A stretch of 64,000 nucleotides of DNA from positions 46,810,001-46,874,000 of the forward strand of contig NC_043015.1 in assembly GCF_006345805.1 (NCBI RefSeq), in the 5' to 3' direction. Position numbers and translations under genes: made by a program. Shown here piece by piece: positions 12,596 through 24,416 of the stretch. The DNA is from Octopus sinensis (lineage: Eukaryota). How positions within the stretch are numbered: position 1 is the stretch's first letter; the number at the start of each line of letters is the position of its first letter. The notes beneath the pieces were generated by a model. The model was not told the DNA's origin, did no database searches, and worked only from the letters and a program-made list of their open reading frames with translations.

Positions 12596-12905
12596 ACAAT
12601 TGCAGCATGGAAGGTGTTTGCAAGCCATTTAAGAAACACACAAAAGCCGTTTGATTCACTACAACATTTAAGTTTAATTTGTCAAAATATTTCGCCGCTT
12701 TAAGACCGCGACCTGTTCACTGACAAGAACAGGTCGCGGTCTTAAAGCGGCAAAAATATTTTGACAAATTAAACTTAAATGTTGTAGTGAATCGAACGGC
12801 TTTTGTGTGTTTCTTAAATGGCTTGCAAACACCTTCCATGCTGCAGTTGTTTTCGGTTCTGCACACGATCTCAGATCAAGTCACTTGCTATGCAAGTACA
12901 TCTCC
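12596..12905. repeat. Palindromic element family P, copy A
   Basis: ~125-bp near-perfect inverted arms plus a ~60-bp one-sided extension ending TTGCTATGCAAGTACATCTCC. Confidence 0.92.
12678..12726 (-). ncRNA. Hammerhead-topology motif with G3:C8 core
   Basis: Minus strand UUGUCA GUGAACA G GUCGC ggucuuaaa GCGGC GAAA uau U U UGACAA. Confidence 0.6.
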
Positions 12906-12959
12906 GTAATTCTCTATAACAGTCATCATTATATTTATATATAGTAAGACTGGGATGGA

Positions 12960-13130
12960 GACAGATCAAAAGGTTATTACCATTGCTGGCTCCAAGGGAC
13001 TCTCGGTGTAAAGGGCAGGTTATATGATACTCTCATACAAAGTGCAATGCAGCATAGTAGCAGGGCAAAGCTTGACGTGCGGATAATTTACAAAAACTGG
13101 AAATAAATTAGAAAAAAACATACTCCACTG
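12960..13130 (+). mobile_element. Small decayed RTE RT fragment
   Basis: Plus strand GVKGRLYDTLIQSAMQHSS matches the RVKGRLYDACV motif of the 37454-37780 fragment. Confidence 0.6.
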
Positions 13131-13197
13131 AATGTTCTTTTGAATGACAGCTTATAAATGAGCTGAAATGAAGCCCCACTAGCTAGGTCAAATGGTT

Positions 13198-13608
13198 ACT
13201 CTTTTACTTGTTTCAGTCATTTGACTGCGGCCATGCTGGAGCACCGCCTTTAATCGAGCAACTCGACCCCGGGTCTTATTCTTTTGTAAGCCCAGTACTT
13301 ATTCTATTGGTCTCTTTTGCCGAACCGCTAAGTAACGGGGACATAAACACACCAGCATCGGTTGTCAAGCAATGCTAGGGGGACAAACACAGACACACAC
13401 ACACACACAAACACACACGCACGCATATATATATATATACATATATACGATGGGCTTCTTTCAGTTTCCGTCTACAAAATCCACTCACAAGGCTTTGGTC
13501 GGCCCGAGGCTATAGTAGAAGACACTTGCCCAAGGTGCCACGCAGTGGGACTGAACCGGGAACCATGTGGTTGGTAAACAAGCTACTTACCACACAGCCA
13601 CTCCTGCG
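13198..13608 (-). mobile_element. SINE family A, full length
   Basis: Reverse-complement match to the family consensus seen in the other copies. Confidence 0.9.
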
Positions 13609-14228
13609 ACTATGGTTACATTTATCACACAAGTAATTGTGTAGAAATGTTAGTGTATCACAGAATGTATAACTAAAAAATTGTCTTGTGGCTAAATAAC
13701 ATTCTATTAGGTTTACATTATTTATCAAAAGCATTCATCCATCTGGGTTGTCTGTGATAAAAAAAAGATTTTAGCTTAAAATAAATGTTGTTCGAAGGTT
13801 ATATGGATACAGTTTGTGTATCAAATAGCTAACTTAAGGCGATGGCCTCATGGAACTAATAAGCGGACAGCTTTATTCTTATTTTTATAAGAATGCCATA
13901 TTAGTATGGCGATAACTATTATTTTCCGGAAACGCTGCCATTGTTCTCTTTTAGAGAGACTTAGTAATTTTAATATTTCTGTTAAATGTTGTTTTGTCTT
14001 GATTCTAATATCTTTTTTTCGTTTTCTTCTCTTTTCAGAACTTCATTCAAGTGTATGGCTTTTTCTCCACATATACATTCCTTCATGATCTAAATATCTG
14101 CATGACAGCATCAAATTATAAATATTAAAAATTTTTTTAATGGAAAAACAAAATATGAATGGCATAACTTAGCGAACCTAACATAATAATTCAATAAAAT
14201 TGTTCATGCATGTAATCTTTCAATTAAA

Positions 14229-14449
14229 AGCATCAAGTGCCGAAAATGAACTGTCTTATCTTCCATTTTAAAGGGTTACAGAATTAACATCGGTTATAGG
14301 AACATAAATCTTCTTCCACGAAGAAGATTTATGATGTGCTCTAAATGGAGGTGTAGTCAAATCTTATTTTATGGACTCAACCATGCTCTAAAATAAGTTG
14401 AAAGGTATGCTACTATAAATCGGCATGAACTTTCCGGACAACCCAGTAA
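14229..14449 (-). mobile_element. Second copy of the 5' end of the same mariner
   Basis: MEDKTVHFRHLML on minus strand and TIR GAACTTTCCGGACAACCCA; near-identical to 16948-17167. Confidence 0.85.
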
Positions 14450-14697
14450 CTATAATGGTTTGGGTATGAAATAGAAAATATGTATTTATGTATACATGCA
14501 AAATGGGAACAAGCTAAAGAGTTGTGTCTTTGTCTTTTTATTTTAGCTATAAGTGTTAATTGGTTTTCATTAGCCTAATGCAAAACAGCACATTGTATCG
14601 CAGTTCTGGCAATAAACATCTCTATCTAAACTATTTGGGTGATCTCTCAAGTTATTAATCATTGATTGCTATTGTATTTTATTTATGTATTTTATTC

Positions 14698-15080
14698 GTG
14701 GAGGCGCAATGGCCCAGTGGTTAGGGCAGCGGACTCGCAGTCGTAGGATCGCGGTTTCGATTCCCAGACCGGGCGTTGTGAGTGTTTATTGAGCGAAAAC
14801 ACCTAAAGCTCCACGAGGCTCCGGCAGGGATGGTGGTGATCCCTGCTGTACTCTTTCACCACAACTTTCTCTCACTCTTACTTCCTGTTTCTGTTGTACC
14901 TGTATTTCAAAGGGGCCGGCCTTGTCACTCTCTGTGTCACGCTGAATATCCCCGAGAACTACGTTAAGGGTACACGTGTCTGTGGAGTGCTCAGCCACTT
15001 ACCCGTTAATTTCACGAGCAGGCTGTTCCGTTGATCGGATCAACCGGAACCCTCGTTGTCGTAACCGACGGAGTGCTTCC
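14698..15080 (+). mobile_element. tRNA-derived SINE, family C (OR1-like)
   Basis: Head GGAGGCGCAATGGCCCAGTGGTTAGGGCAGCGGACTCGC...GGTTTCGATTCCC with A/B boxes; the family name is from recall, not a database match. Confidence 0.8.
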
Positions 15081-15245
15081 ATCCATTTTATTTATGCCTT
15101 CATATTGTACTTTCATTGATTTTTGTAATTATTTCTTTATTGCTGAAGCAAAAGTTTTTGTAAAGATATGACAGTTTTACATGAAAGAAACTTAGTAAGA
15201 ACTGAAAATAAAAATTGGTGGTTCAGAATAATTTCTGTAGGAAAT

Positions 15246-15668
15246 CAATTGCAGTGTGGAAGGTGTTTGTAAGCCATTTAAGAAACACACAAAAGCCGTT
15301 CGATTCACTTCAACATTTAAGTTTAATTTGTCAAAAATCCGTGCTGCATCTGAGAAAGTAACAGTTAGTTTGTTATATATATGTACGTACGTGTGTATGT
15401 ATGTATGCACGCACGTACGTGTGTATGTATGTATGCACGCATGCATGTATGCGTACATGTATGTATGTATGTATGTACGTACATACGCATGTGTGCATGT
15501 ATGTATGTGTGCATATACACACATACATACATACAAACTTAAATGTTGAAGTGAATCGAATGGCTTTTGTGTGTTTCTTAAATGGCTTACAAACACCTTC
15601 CACGCTGCAATTGTCTTCGTTTCAGCACACGATCTCAGATCAAATCACTTGCTATGCAAGTACATCTC
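15246..15668. repeat. Palindromic element family P, copy B (centre replaced)
   Basis: Same arms and extension; centre occupied by unrelated sequence and a GTAT/GTAC microsatellite. Confidence 0.9.
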
Positions 15669-16598
15669 AGTAGGAAATATTTAAGGTATAATTTCTGAAT
15701 GAGAGATGAGCTGTAAAATAGTATTTAGTGGCAGAGAAGCAATGAATGGGATTAATAATTGTTACTATCATCATTTAATGGCCATTTTTCCATGCTTGCA
15801 TCAGTCTAGATGGAATTTGCTGTAGCAGATTTTCTATCGCTGGATTCCCTTCCTGTCACCAACCTTCACCTACTTCTAAACAAGACAATATTTATCTATG
15901 GCCAGACATGTGGTTCGTGGAAGACTGGAAACAAAAGACTTTGCAGGAGTGGCTGTGTGGCAAGTAGCTTGCTAACCAACCACACGGTTCTGGGTTCAGT
16001 CCCACTGCGTGGCATCTTGGGCAAGTGTCTTCTTCTGCTATAGCCCCGGGCCGACCAAAGCCTTGTGAGTGGATTTGGTAGACAGAAACTGAAAGAAGCC
16101 TGTCATATATATATATGTATGTGCGTGTATGTTTGTACGTCTGTGTTTGTCCCCCTAGCATTGCTTGACACCGATGCTGGTTTGTTTACGTCCCCGTCAC
16201 TTAGCGGTTCGGCAAAAGAGATCGATAGAATAAGTACTGGGCTTACAAAGAATAAGTCCCGGGGGCGATTTGCTCGACTAAAAGCGGTGCTCCAGCATGG
16301 CCACAGTCAAATGACTGAAACAAGTAAAAGAGTATGACTGATTCTCATTTACAACCATCATATAAATTCGGAAGAACAATATACACACACAGACAAATAT
16401 GTATAGTCCGCAGATGACATCCAGAGATTCTTGGTATAGAAGACACTTACTGGTGTTCAAAAGATTCAAACTTAGGCTCCGATGTCTTTTCAGGGGATTG
16501 ATTCCACAAGGTAAAGAAAGGCTATAAAAGGTATCAAGTTGAGTGGGTATAGAGGCAATTATGCAGATATACAAATTACATACATTAACTATATATTA

Positions 16599-17167
16599 TT
16601 GGGTTGTCCGGAAAGTTCGGCCCAATTTTTAAAGGAAAGAAAAAAGCCAATAAATACTTGCCATTACATTTTTAATCAACCAAATATGAACCATTTTGTT
16701 GCACAATGCGTCTCCATCTTTCCTTTAACTTGAAAAAATACCCTCTTCCCAGAATTGAGGTGGTTTCATGGCAAAGAATTCATCAAGGTATCTTTTTACG
16801 TCATCCAAGAAATTGAAATTTTTACCATTAAGACTATTCTGCAGAGACCTGAGTAAGTGGAAATCCGAAGGAGCAATATCTGGTGAATATGGAGGGTGGG
16901 GTAACACATCTCAGCTTGAGCTGCAGCAAATTTTGTCTGGTTCCCAAAGCATCAAGTGCCGAAAATGAACTTTCTTGTCTTCCATTTTAAAGGGTTACAG
17001 AATTAACACAGGTTATAGGAACATAAACCTTCTTCCACGAAAAGATAGCTTAAACTATGCTCTAAATGGAGGTGTAGTCAAATCCTATTTTATGGACTCA
17101 ACCATGTTCTAAAATAAGTTGAAAAGTAAGCTACTATAAATCGGCACGAACTTTCCGGACAACCCAA
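16599..17167 (-). mobile_element. Internally deleted non-autonomous mariner element
   Basis: TIRs TTGGGTTGTCCGGAAAGTTC / GAACTTTCCGGACAACCCAA with TA on both sides; minus strand gives N-terminus MEDKKVHFRHLMLWE fused almost directly to C-terminal LPHPPYSPDIAPSDFHLLRSLQNSLNGKNF. Confidence 0.93.
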
Positions 17168-17696
17168 TAAATATAATGGTTTGGGTATGAAATAGAAAAT
17201 ATGTATATATGTATACATGCAAAATGAGAAAAAGCAAAAGGTGGAAACTTTTAGATGATTAATTTTTAAGTGTAAATATATAACTATTTATATTAATAGG
17301 TCCAACAGAGTACAATTGATAGAGAAAATTAAAGTGGTGGAAGAAATATACATATATATAAATCCATATGCATGTATGTATGTATGTTTATCCATATATG
17401 TGTCTAGATCACAGTGGAGAAAGCAAGCTACAGGGTTTGGTTAAAAAGAAACAATGAACAGTGGCCAGTGGCCAGAAGGATATTGAGTAAACCTAATAAC
17501 CATTTGACCTAGCTAGTGGGGCTTCATTTCAGTGAAGTGGGGCCGGTGTGCAATGATGCTGTCAAGAGGAAGGCCCTGAAATGGTGCACATACTCTTCTG
17601 ATGACCCCATAAACTTGCTAGCATCTGGTATTCAGAGCTGAACTGGATACAGTTGCATCTGCAAGTTGTTTGCAAAAAATACATATACATATACAT

Positions 17697-18097
17697 AGGT
17701 ACAGGAGTGGCTGTGTGCTAACTAGCTTGTTTACCAACCACATGGTTCTGAGTTCAGTCCCACTGCGTGGCACCTTGGGCAAGTGTCTTCTACTATAGCC
17801 TCGGGCCGACCAGAGCCTTGTGAGTGGATTTGGTAGACGGAAACTGAAAGAAGCCCGTCGTATATATGTATATATATATATGTATGTGTGTTTGTTTGTG
17901 TGTCTGTGTTTGTCCCCCTAGCATTGCTTGACAACCGATGCTGGTGTGTTTATGTCCCCGTTACTTAGCGGTTCAGCATAACAGACCGATAGAATAAGTA
18001 CTGGGCTTACAAAGAATAAGTGCCAGGGTCAAGTTGTTCGATTAAAGGCGGTGCTCCAGCATAGCCACAGTCAAATGACTGAAGCAAGTAAAAGAGT
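17697..18097 (+). mobile_element. SINE family A, full length, between ~190-bp direct repeats
   Basis: Family match; flanks 17498-17688 and 18098-18290 are near-identical. Confidence 0.9.
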
Positions 18098-18837
18098 AAC
18101 CATTTGACCTAGCTAGTGGGGCTTCATTTCAGTGAAGTGGGGCCGGTGTGCAATGATGCTGTCAAGAGGAAGGCTCTGAAATGGTGCACATTCTCTTCTG
18201 ATGACCCCATAAACTTGCTAGCATCTGGTATGCACAGAGCTGAACTGGATGCAGTTGCATCTGCAAGTTGTTTGCAAAAAATACATATACGAATGACCAT
18301 GGGATTGAACCTAAAAAATTCCCCTCCTAAAGTCCGGGCAAGATTGTTTGTGGAAGGACCAGCAGTTTCTGTTTACATCTGTGCCGGTGGCACATAAAAA
18401 GCACCATCCGAACATGGCCGATGCCAGCGCCGCCTTGACTGGCTTCTGTGCCGGTAGCATGTTAAAAGCACCAACCGATCGTGGCCGCTGCCAGACTCCC
18501 TGGCACCTATGCCAGTGGCACGTAAAAAGCACCCACTACACTCACGGAGTTGTTGGCATTAGGAAGGGCATCCAGCTGTAGAAACACTGCCAGATCAGAC
18601 TGGAGCCTGGTGCACCCTCCTGGTCGAACCGTCCAACCTGTGCTAGCGCGGAAAACGGACATTAAACGATGAGGATGATGATGATGATGATCTACAACAT
18701 CCATTCATAAAGCTTTGAATCGGCCCATGGCTATAGTAGAAGACACATGCCCACACTGCTGCACTGTAGAACTGAATTCAAGACTACATCGTTTGGGAGC
18801 AAGCTTCTTAACCAAAGAGCCACACATACACCTATAC

Positions 18838-19206
18838 TGGAATGGAAGCACTCCGTCGGTTACGACGATGAGGGTTCCGGTTGATCCGACCAACGGAACA
18901 GCCTGCTCGTGAAATTAACGTGTAAGTGGTTGAGCACTCTACAGACACGTGTACCCTTAACGTAGTTCTCGGGGATATTCAGCGTGACACTGAGAGTGAC
19001 AAGGCCCTTTGAAATACAGGTACAACAGAAACAGGAAGAAAGAGTGAGAGAAAGTTGTGATGAAAGAGTACAGCAGGGATCACCACCATCCCCTGCCGGA
19101 GCCTCGTGGAGCTTTAGGTGTTTTTGCTCAATAAACACTCAACGCCCGGTCTGGGAATCGAAACCGCGAGTCCGCTGCCCTAACCACTGGGCCATTGCGC
19201 CTCCAC
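18838..19206 (-). mobile_element. SINE family C copy with 11-bp target-site duplication
   Basis: Reverse complement of 14698-15080; TACACCTATAC at 18827-18837 and 19207-19217. Confidence 0.88.
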
Positions 19207-19644
19207 TACACCTATACATATTGAAGGTGAATTGTTAAGGGCACAAGGTGAGTAAAGAACAACAAACAAAAAAAAAAAATAATAAATAACATTTGTGATG
19301 AGGTAAGTTGAGTATAATCTGTTGGTGAATTAAATGAGTATTTGAAGTTAGAGTGTGGTGGTGGAGAGATGAATGTTTGAAACTTGTTCATGCAGGAAAA
19401 TTGTTAGAAACCGGATTGTCAAGGAGTAAACTCTGTGTAGATGGAATTTAATTGGCTATCTACGCAGAATTAACAAAAACGTGGTTTGTCAGTTGTAATT
19501 CATGAGAACTGACACGTTAAAGTTTTAAAAATGACTGTGTTTTCAAGTGTTGTAAATCACTATTTAGAATTATTTAGTTTCCTCATCACTGACACCATGG
19601 AATTTTTTTTTGATAAGGAAATTTTCAAAAAAAAATTAAAACAA

Positions 19645-19809
19645 GGTGCAGGAGTGGCTGTGTGGTAAGTAGCTTGCTAACCAACCACATAGTTCCGGGT
19701 TCAGTCCCACTGCGTGGCATCTTGGGCAAGTGTTTTCTACTATAGCCCCGGGCCGACCAATGCCTTGTGAGTAGATTTGGTTGACGGAAACTGAAAGAAG
19801 CCTGTCGTA

Positions 19810-19852
<43 letters not shown>

Positions 19853-20065
19853 ATGTTTGTGTGTCTGTGTTTGTCCCCCTAGCATTGCTTGACAACCGAT
19901 GCTGGTGTGTTTACGTCCCCGTCACTTAGCGGTTCCGCAAAAGAGACCGATAGAATAAGTACTGGGCTTACAAAGAATAAGCTCCGGGGTCGATTTGCCC
20001 GACTAAAGTCGGTGCTCCAGCATGGCTGCAGTCAAATGACCGAAACAAGTAAAAGAGTAAGTAAA
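19645..20065 (+). mobile_element. SINE family A (representative of further copies)
   Basis: Family match. Further full or partial copies (approximate) at 7678-8050, 10140-10500, 15945-16332, 20740-21108, 23935-24330, 26415-26810, 28195-28612, 30778-31035, 32848-33465, 35800-36210, 38975-39125, 42712-42885, 45360-45520, 47400-47795, 63157-63550. Confidence 0.88.
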
Positions 20066-21844
20066 AGTGTATCATAAAGTAAAATATTTATCATTTAAAA
20101 ACATGCACAGTCTTCAAAAAACAAGATCTGATCTCTTCCACTTACTTCTTCCGAATTAGCAAGGTGATGGTTTCTCCAGACACTCAACTTGCAAAAAAAT
20201 AGGAGCTAAATCTCCCCCATAATAAACTTTGCCATTTTATATGAAATAGTGATGATGATGATGTATATCCATCTGTGTATCATATTAAATGTATATACAC
20301 TTTTAGAAGACATGATGCTGTGGAATTATCAGAGATAAAAACCTCTTCATAGACGTGATGAGTCAAAAACACAGTTTATATTGAAGTGAGATGGACATTA
20401 TCACTTCAGTGACTCAAAGAACAATAGATACATTTTGCCTCAGCTTTTTGATGAGAATTATTTCAGAAAAGTATCTATTCATTCTAAATACACTCTATCA
20501 GATTTGAATGTGAATATCTGATTGCTGTTGTTTTCATTATTAAAAACACCTCCTTTCAGACCAGGTGTGCTAATTACACACTAGAGTAAAGGAGCAGTTT
20601 TGTGATCTCATTATGTGACATCTCTGTCAAAGCTTTTTCATGGGACTGATTGTATCTCTTTAAAGTACATCTTTTGTTTTTAAAAGTCAACAGTCATTAT
20701 ATTATATTATAGTAATATTATAATAATATTATAGATGTGTGAGTGGCTGTGTGGTAAGTAGCTTGCTTACCAACCACATGGTTCTGGGTTCAGTCCCACT
20801 GCGTGGCACCTTAGGCAAGTGTCTTCTACTATAGCCTCGGGCCGACCAAAGCCTTGTGAGTGGATGTGGTAGACGGAAACTGAAAGAAGCCTGTCATATA
20901 TGTGTGTGTGTCTGTGTTTGTCCCCCCCACCAACATAGCTTGACAACCGATGCTGGTGTGATTACGTCTCCGTAACTTAGCAGTTTGACAAAAGAGGCAC
21001 ATAGAATAAGTAGTAGGCTTACAAAAAATATGTCCTGGGGTCGACTTGCGTGACTAAAGGCGGTGCTCCAGCATGGCCACAGTCAAATGACTGAAACAAG
21101 TAAAAGAGTAACTACAGATGACACCAGATAGTCCAATCTGTGCCAGGGATTTACTCAACACATCAGCACACCAATTAGTCCGAAATATTACATATGTGTG
21201 TGTGTATGCTCCCCCTCCCTTACATTTCTTGGCCCTCGCTTTCTTTAGCTCACACTATTTCCCACTCGTTTATCTCCCCTGTACCTTTCTCTTTGTCTCT
21301 GATTTTTTTTCTATTCCTTCAATCCTGCTGTCCCCTACTCATCTCTCCTCCTTCCATGTGACTGGTGTCTGGCCATTCCATGATCCATCTTTCGTGGCCT
21401 GACTACTGACTGACAACACACTTGTGTCCATCTCCCATGTTCCTGCCTTTAGGCTTTCACTTCATACACGCCAGCTCAATTTGATTTGTTCTCAGTCGAA
21501 AGACGCCTGTTGTTGTTTCTTATTGTTTGTATTCGTAATTGTGTACCATGTTCTCCATTTCTTTGTTTGTTTGTTTCTTTATCTTTGCTCCCATACACAT
21601 TTGCTAGCTTTCTTTCAAAGGGGTCTAATGCTCTTAGCTCAGACTTTTTTGGGGGGCAGCCAGATCAAACCATCTCAAGTGTAACTGCCACGAAATGGTC
21701 ATGACTTCTGGGACTTCGCTGATGAAAAAAAGCCAAGAACGACCTGTTTTCTTTTGCCTGTTCTTCTAATTGTAGCATCTCTTGTCTGCCTTTGTATCAT
21801 CTATCTGTATGAACGTTTATATGCTCTCCATTGAGTTTTGTTCC

Positions 21845-21876
<32 letters not shown>

Positions 21877-21881
<5 letters not shown>

Positions 21882-22163
21882 TACACAAATATGAGAGAGA
21901 ATCCACTATGTGGACGCTCTTACGCTAGAGATAGATCCGCAAGGGTCTCAACCACTAAGAATTGTTCTCAAGACAAATTTAGCACACCAAGAACGTAAGC
22001 GAGCTGGACATATTTTTGTTATTTTTCATTTGTCCTGCTCGCTTAGGTTCTTGGTGTGCTAAATTTTTCTTGAGAACAATTCTTAGTAGTTGAGACCCCG
22101 GCGGATCTATCTCTTGCGTAAGAGCATCCACATAGTGGATTCTCTCTCATATTTGTGTATTAA
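21877..22163. repeat. Fold-back element
   Basis: Arms 21877-22010 / 22031-22163, (TA)n on the left. Confidence 0.9.
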
Positions 22164-22766
22164 TAATATTTACTGAATCTCAGTCTTTTATGTGCTTGAC
22201 CACTGGTGTTTAAATTGATGTTATTAAATTAATATCCAATTTTTTCACCCTCATTTTGATTTTAATTATATATGTATATATATATGCTTTTCTACACTAG
22301 GCAAGAGGCCTGAAATTTTGGGGGTGGAGTCAATCAATTAGATCAATCCCAGAACACAACTGGTACTTAATTTATCGACCCTGAAAGGATGGAAGACAAA
22401 GTCGAACCCAGTGGGATTTAAACTCAGAATGTAAAGACAGATGAAATACAGCTAAGCATTTCGCCCACCGTGCTAATGTTTCTGCCAGCTCGCCGCCATT
22501 ATTGTATATATACACACCCATATATATATATATATATATATTTATGTGTGTGTGTGTCTGTGTTTCTGTCCCTCTGCCATCATTTGACAACTGATGTTGG
22601 TGAGTTTACATCCCAGTAACTTGACGGTTCGGCAAAAGACACTGATAGAATAAGGACTAGGCTTACAAAGAATAAGTCCTGCAGTCAATTTCTTTGACTA
22701 AAACCCTTAAAGACTGGGCTCCAGTATGGCTGCAGTCAAATGACTGAAATGAGTAAAGGAATAAAA

Positions 22767-22813
<47 letters not shown>

Positions 22814-23141
22814 GGAGATGTACTTGCATAGCAAGCGACTTGACCTGAGACCGTGTACTGGAACAAAAACAATTGCAGCGTGGAAGGTGTTTATAAGCCA
22901 TTTAAAAAACACACAAAAACTGTTAGATTCATTTCAACGTTTAAATTAAATTTGCCAAAAATTTTCGTTGCTTTGAGACCGCGACATGTTCACTGACAAA
23001 GTTCCGTTTTGTCAGTGAACATGTCGCGGTCTCAAAGCAACGAAAATATTTTGGCAAATTAAATTTAAACGTTGAAATGAATCTAACAGTTTTTGTGTGT
23101 TTTTTAAATGGCTTATAAACACCTTCCACGCTGCAATTGTT

Positions 23142-23142
<1 letters not shown>
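22814..23142. repeat. Palindromic element family P, copy C (opposite orientation)
   Basis: Arms 22866-23000 / 23008-23142, extension on the left (GGAGATGTACTTGCATAGCAAG), (TA)n on both sides. Confidence 0.92.
23008..23058 (+). ncRNA. Hammerhead-topology motif with G3:C8 core
   Basis: UUUGUCA GUGAACA U GUCGC ggucucaaa GCAAC GAAA A ua U U U UGGCAAA; mirror copy on the minus strand at 22951-23000. Confidence 0.6.
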
Positions 23143-23174
<32 letters not shown>

Positions 23175-23664
23175 TATCATCATCATCATCATCATCATCA
23201 TCATTGTTTAACGTCTGTTTTCCATGCTAACATGGGTTGGACACTTCGACCGGGGTCTGGGAAGCCAGGAGGCTGCACCAGGCTCCAATCTGATCTGGCA
23301 GAGTTTCTATAGCTGGATGCCCTTCCTAATGCCAATCACTCCATGACTGTAGTGGGTGCTTTTTACGTGCCACCGGCACAGGTGTCAGGGGAGGCTGGCA
23401 ACGTCCACGATCGATTGGTGCTTTTTACATGCCACCAGCACAGGGGCCAGAGGAGGCTGGCAACGTCCACGATCGATTGGTGCTTTTTACATGCCATCAG
23501 CACAGGGGCCAGAGGAGGCTGGCAACGTCCACGATCAATTGGTGCTTTTTATGTGCCACCGGCATGGATGTCAGTCAAGGTGGTGCTGGCATCGGCCACG
23601 TTCAGATGGTGTCTTTTACATGCCACATATATATACATACACACACACACACACATATATATAT

Positions 23665-23895
23665 GAAGGCGGCAAGCTGGCAGAAACGTTAGCACGCCGG
23701 GCGAAATGCGAAGCCGTATTTCGTCTGCTGTTACGTTCTGAGTTCAAATTCCGCCGAGGTCGACTTTGCCTTTCATCCTTTCGGGGTCGATAAATTAAGT
23801 ACCAGTTACGCACTGGGGTCGATGTAACCGACTTAATCCGTTTGTCTATTCTTGTTTGTTCTGTCTGTGTTTAGCCCCTTGTGGGTAGTAAAGAA
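23665..23895 (+). mobile_element. SINE family B (OK-like)
   Basis: GGCGGCAAGCTGGCAGAAACGTTAGC...GAGTTCAAATTCC...GAGGTCGACTTTGCCTTTCATCCTTTCGGGGTCGATAAATTAAGTACCAG; other copies at ~22295-22497(-), 25230-25640(+, internally duplicated), 47820-47990(-). Confidence 0.85.
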
Positions 23896-23930
<35 letters not shown>

Positions 23931-24335
23931 ATATAGGTGCAGGCATGGCCGTGTGGTAATAAGCTTACTTCCCAACCACATGGTTCCAGGTTCAGTCCCA
24001 CTGCATGGCACCTTGGGCATGTGTCTTGTACTGCAGCTTCATGCTGACCAAACCATGTGTGGACTTAATAGGCAGAAGCTGAAAGAGGCCTGTTGTGCAT
24101 ACATATATTTGTATATATCTATGTGTATATGTCTTTGTGTCTGTACTTGAAAAACTGGTGTTGGTGTGTTTATGTTCTTGTCGTCTATCAGTTTAGCTAA
24201 GGGGCCAGACAGAATAAGTACCAGGCATTAAAAGAATGAGTCTTGGTGTCAATTTGTTTGACTAAAAACACTTTCAAGGCTGTGCTCCAGCATGGCCTCT
24301 GTCATATGACTAAAACAAGTAAAAGCTAAAAGATA

Positions 24336-24338
24336 TGA

Positions 24339-24416
<78 letters not shown>

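Noticed and set aside
14698-14775. tRNA genes (heads of SINE families A, B, C)
   Set aside because: A/B boxes are present but acceptor-stem pairing is not, and each runs into a SINE body.
19245-19308. Two consensus splice donors (AAG|GTGAGT, GAG|GTAAGT) next to an antisense SINE
   Set aside because: No supportable acceptor or reading frame; such motifs occur by chance.
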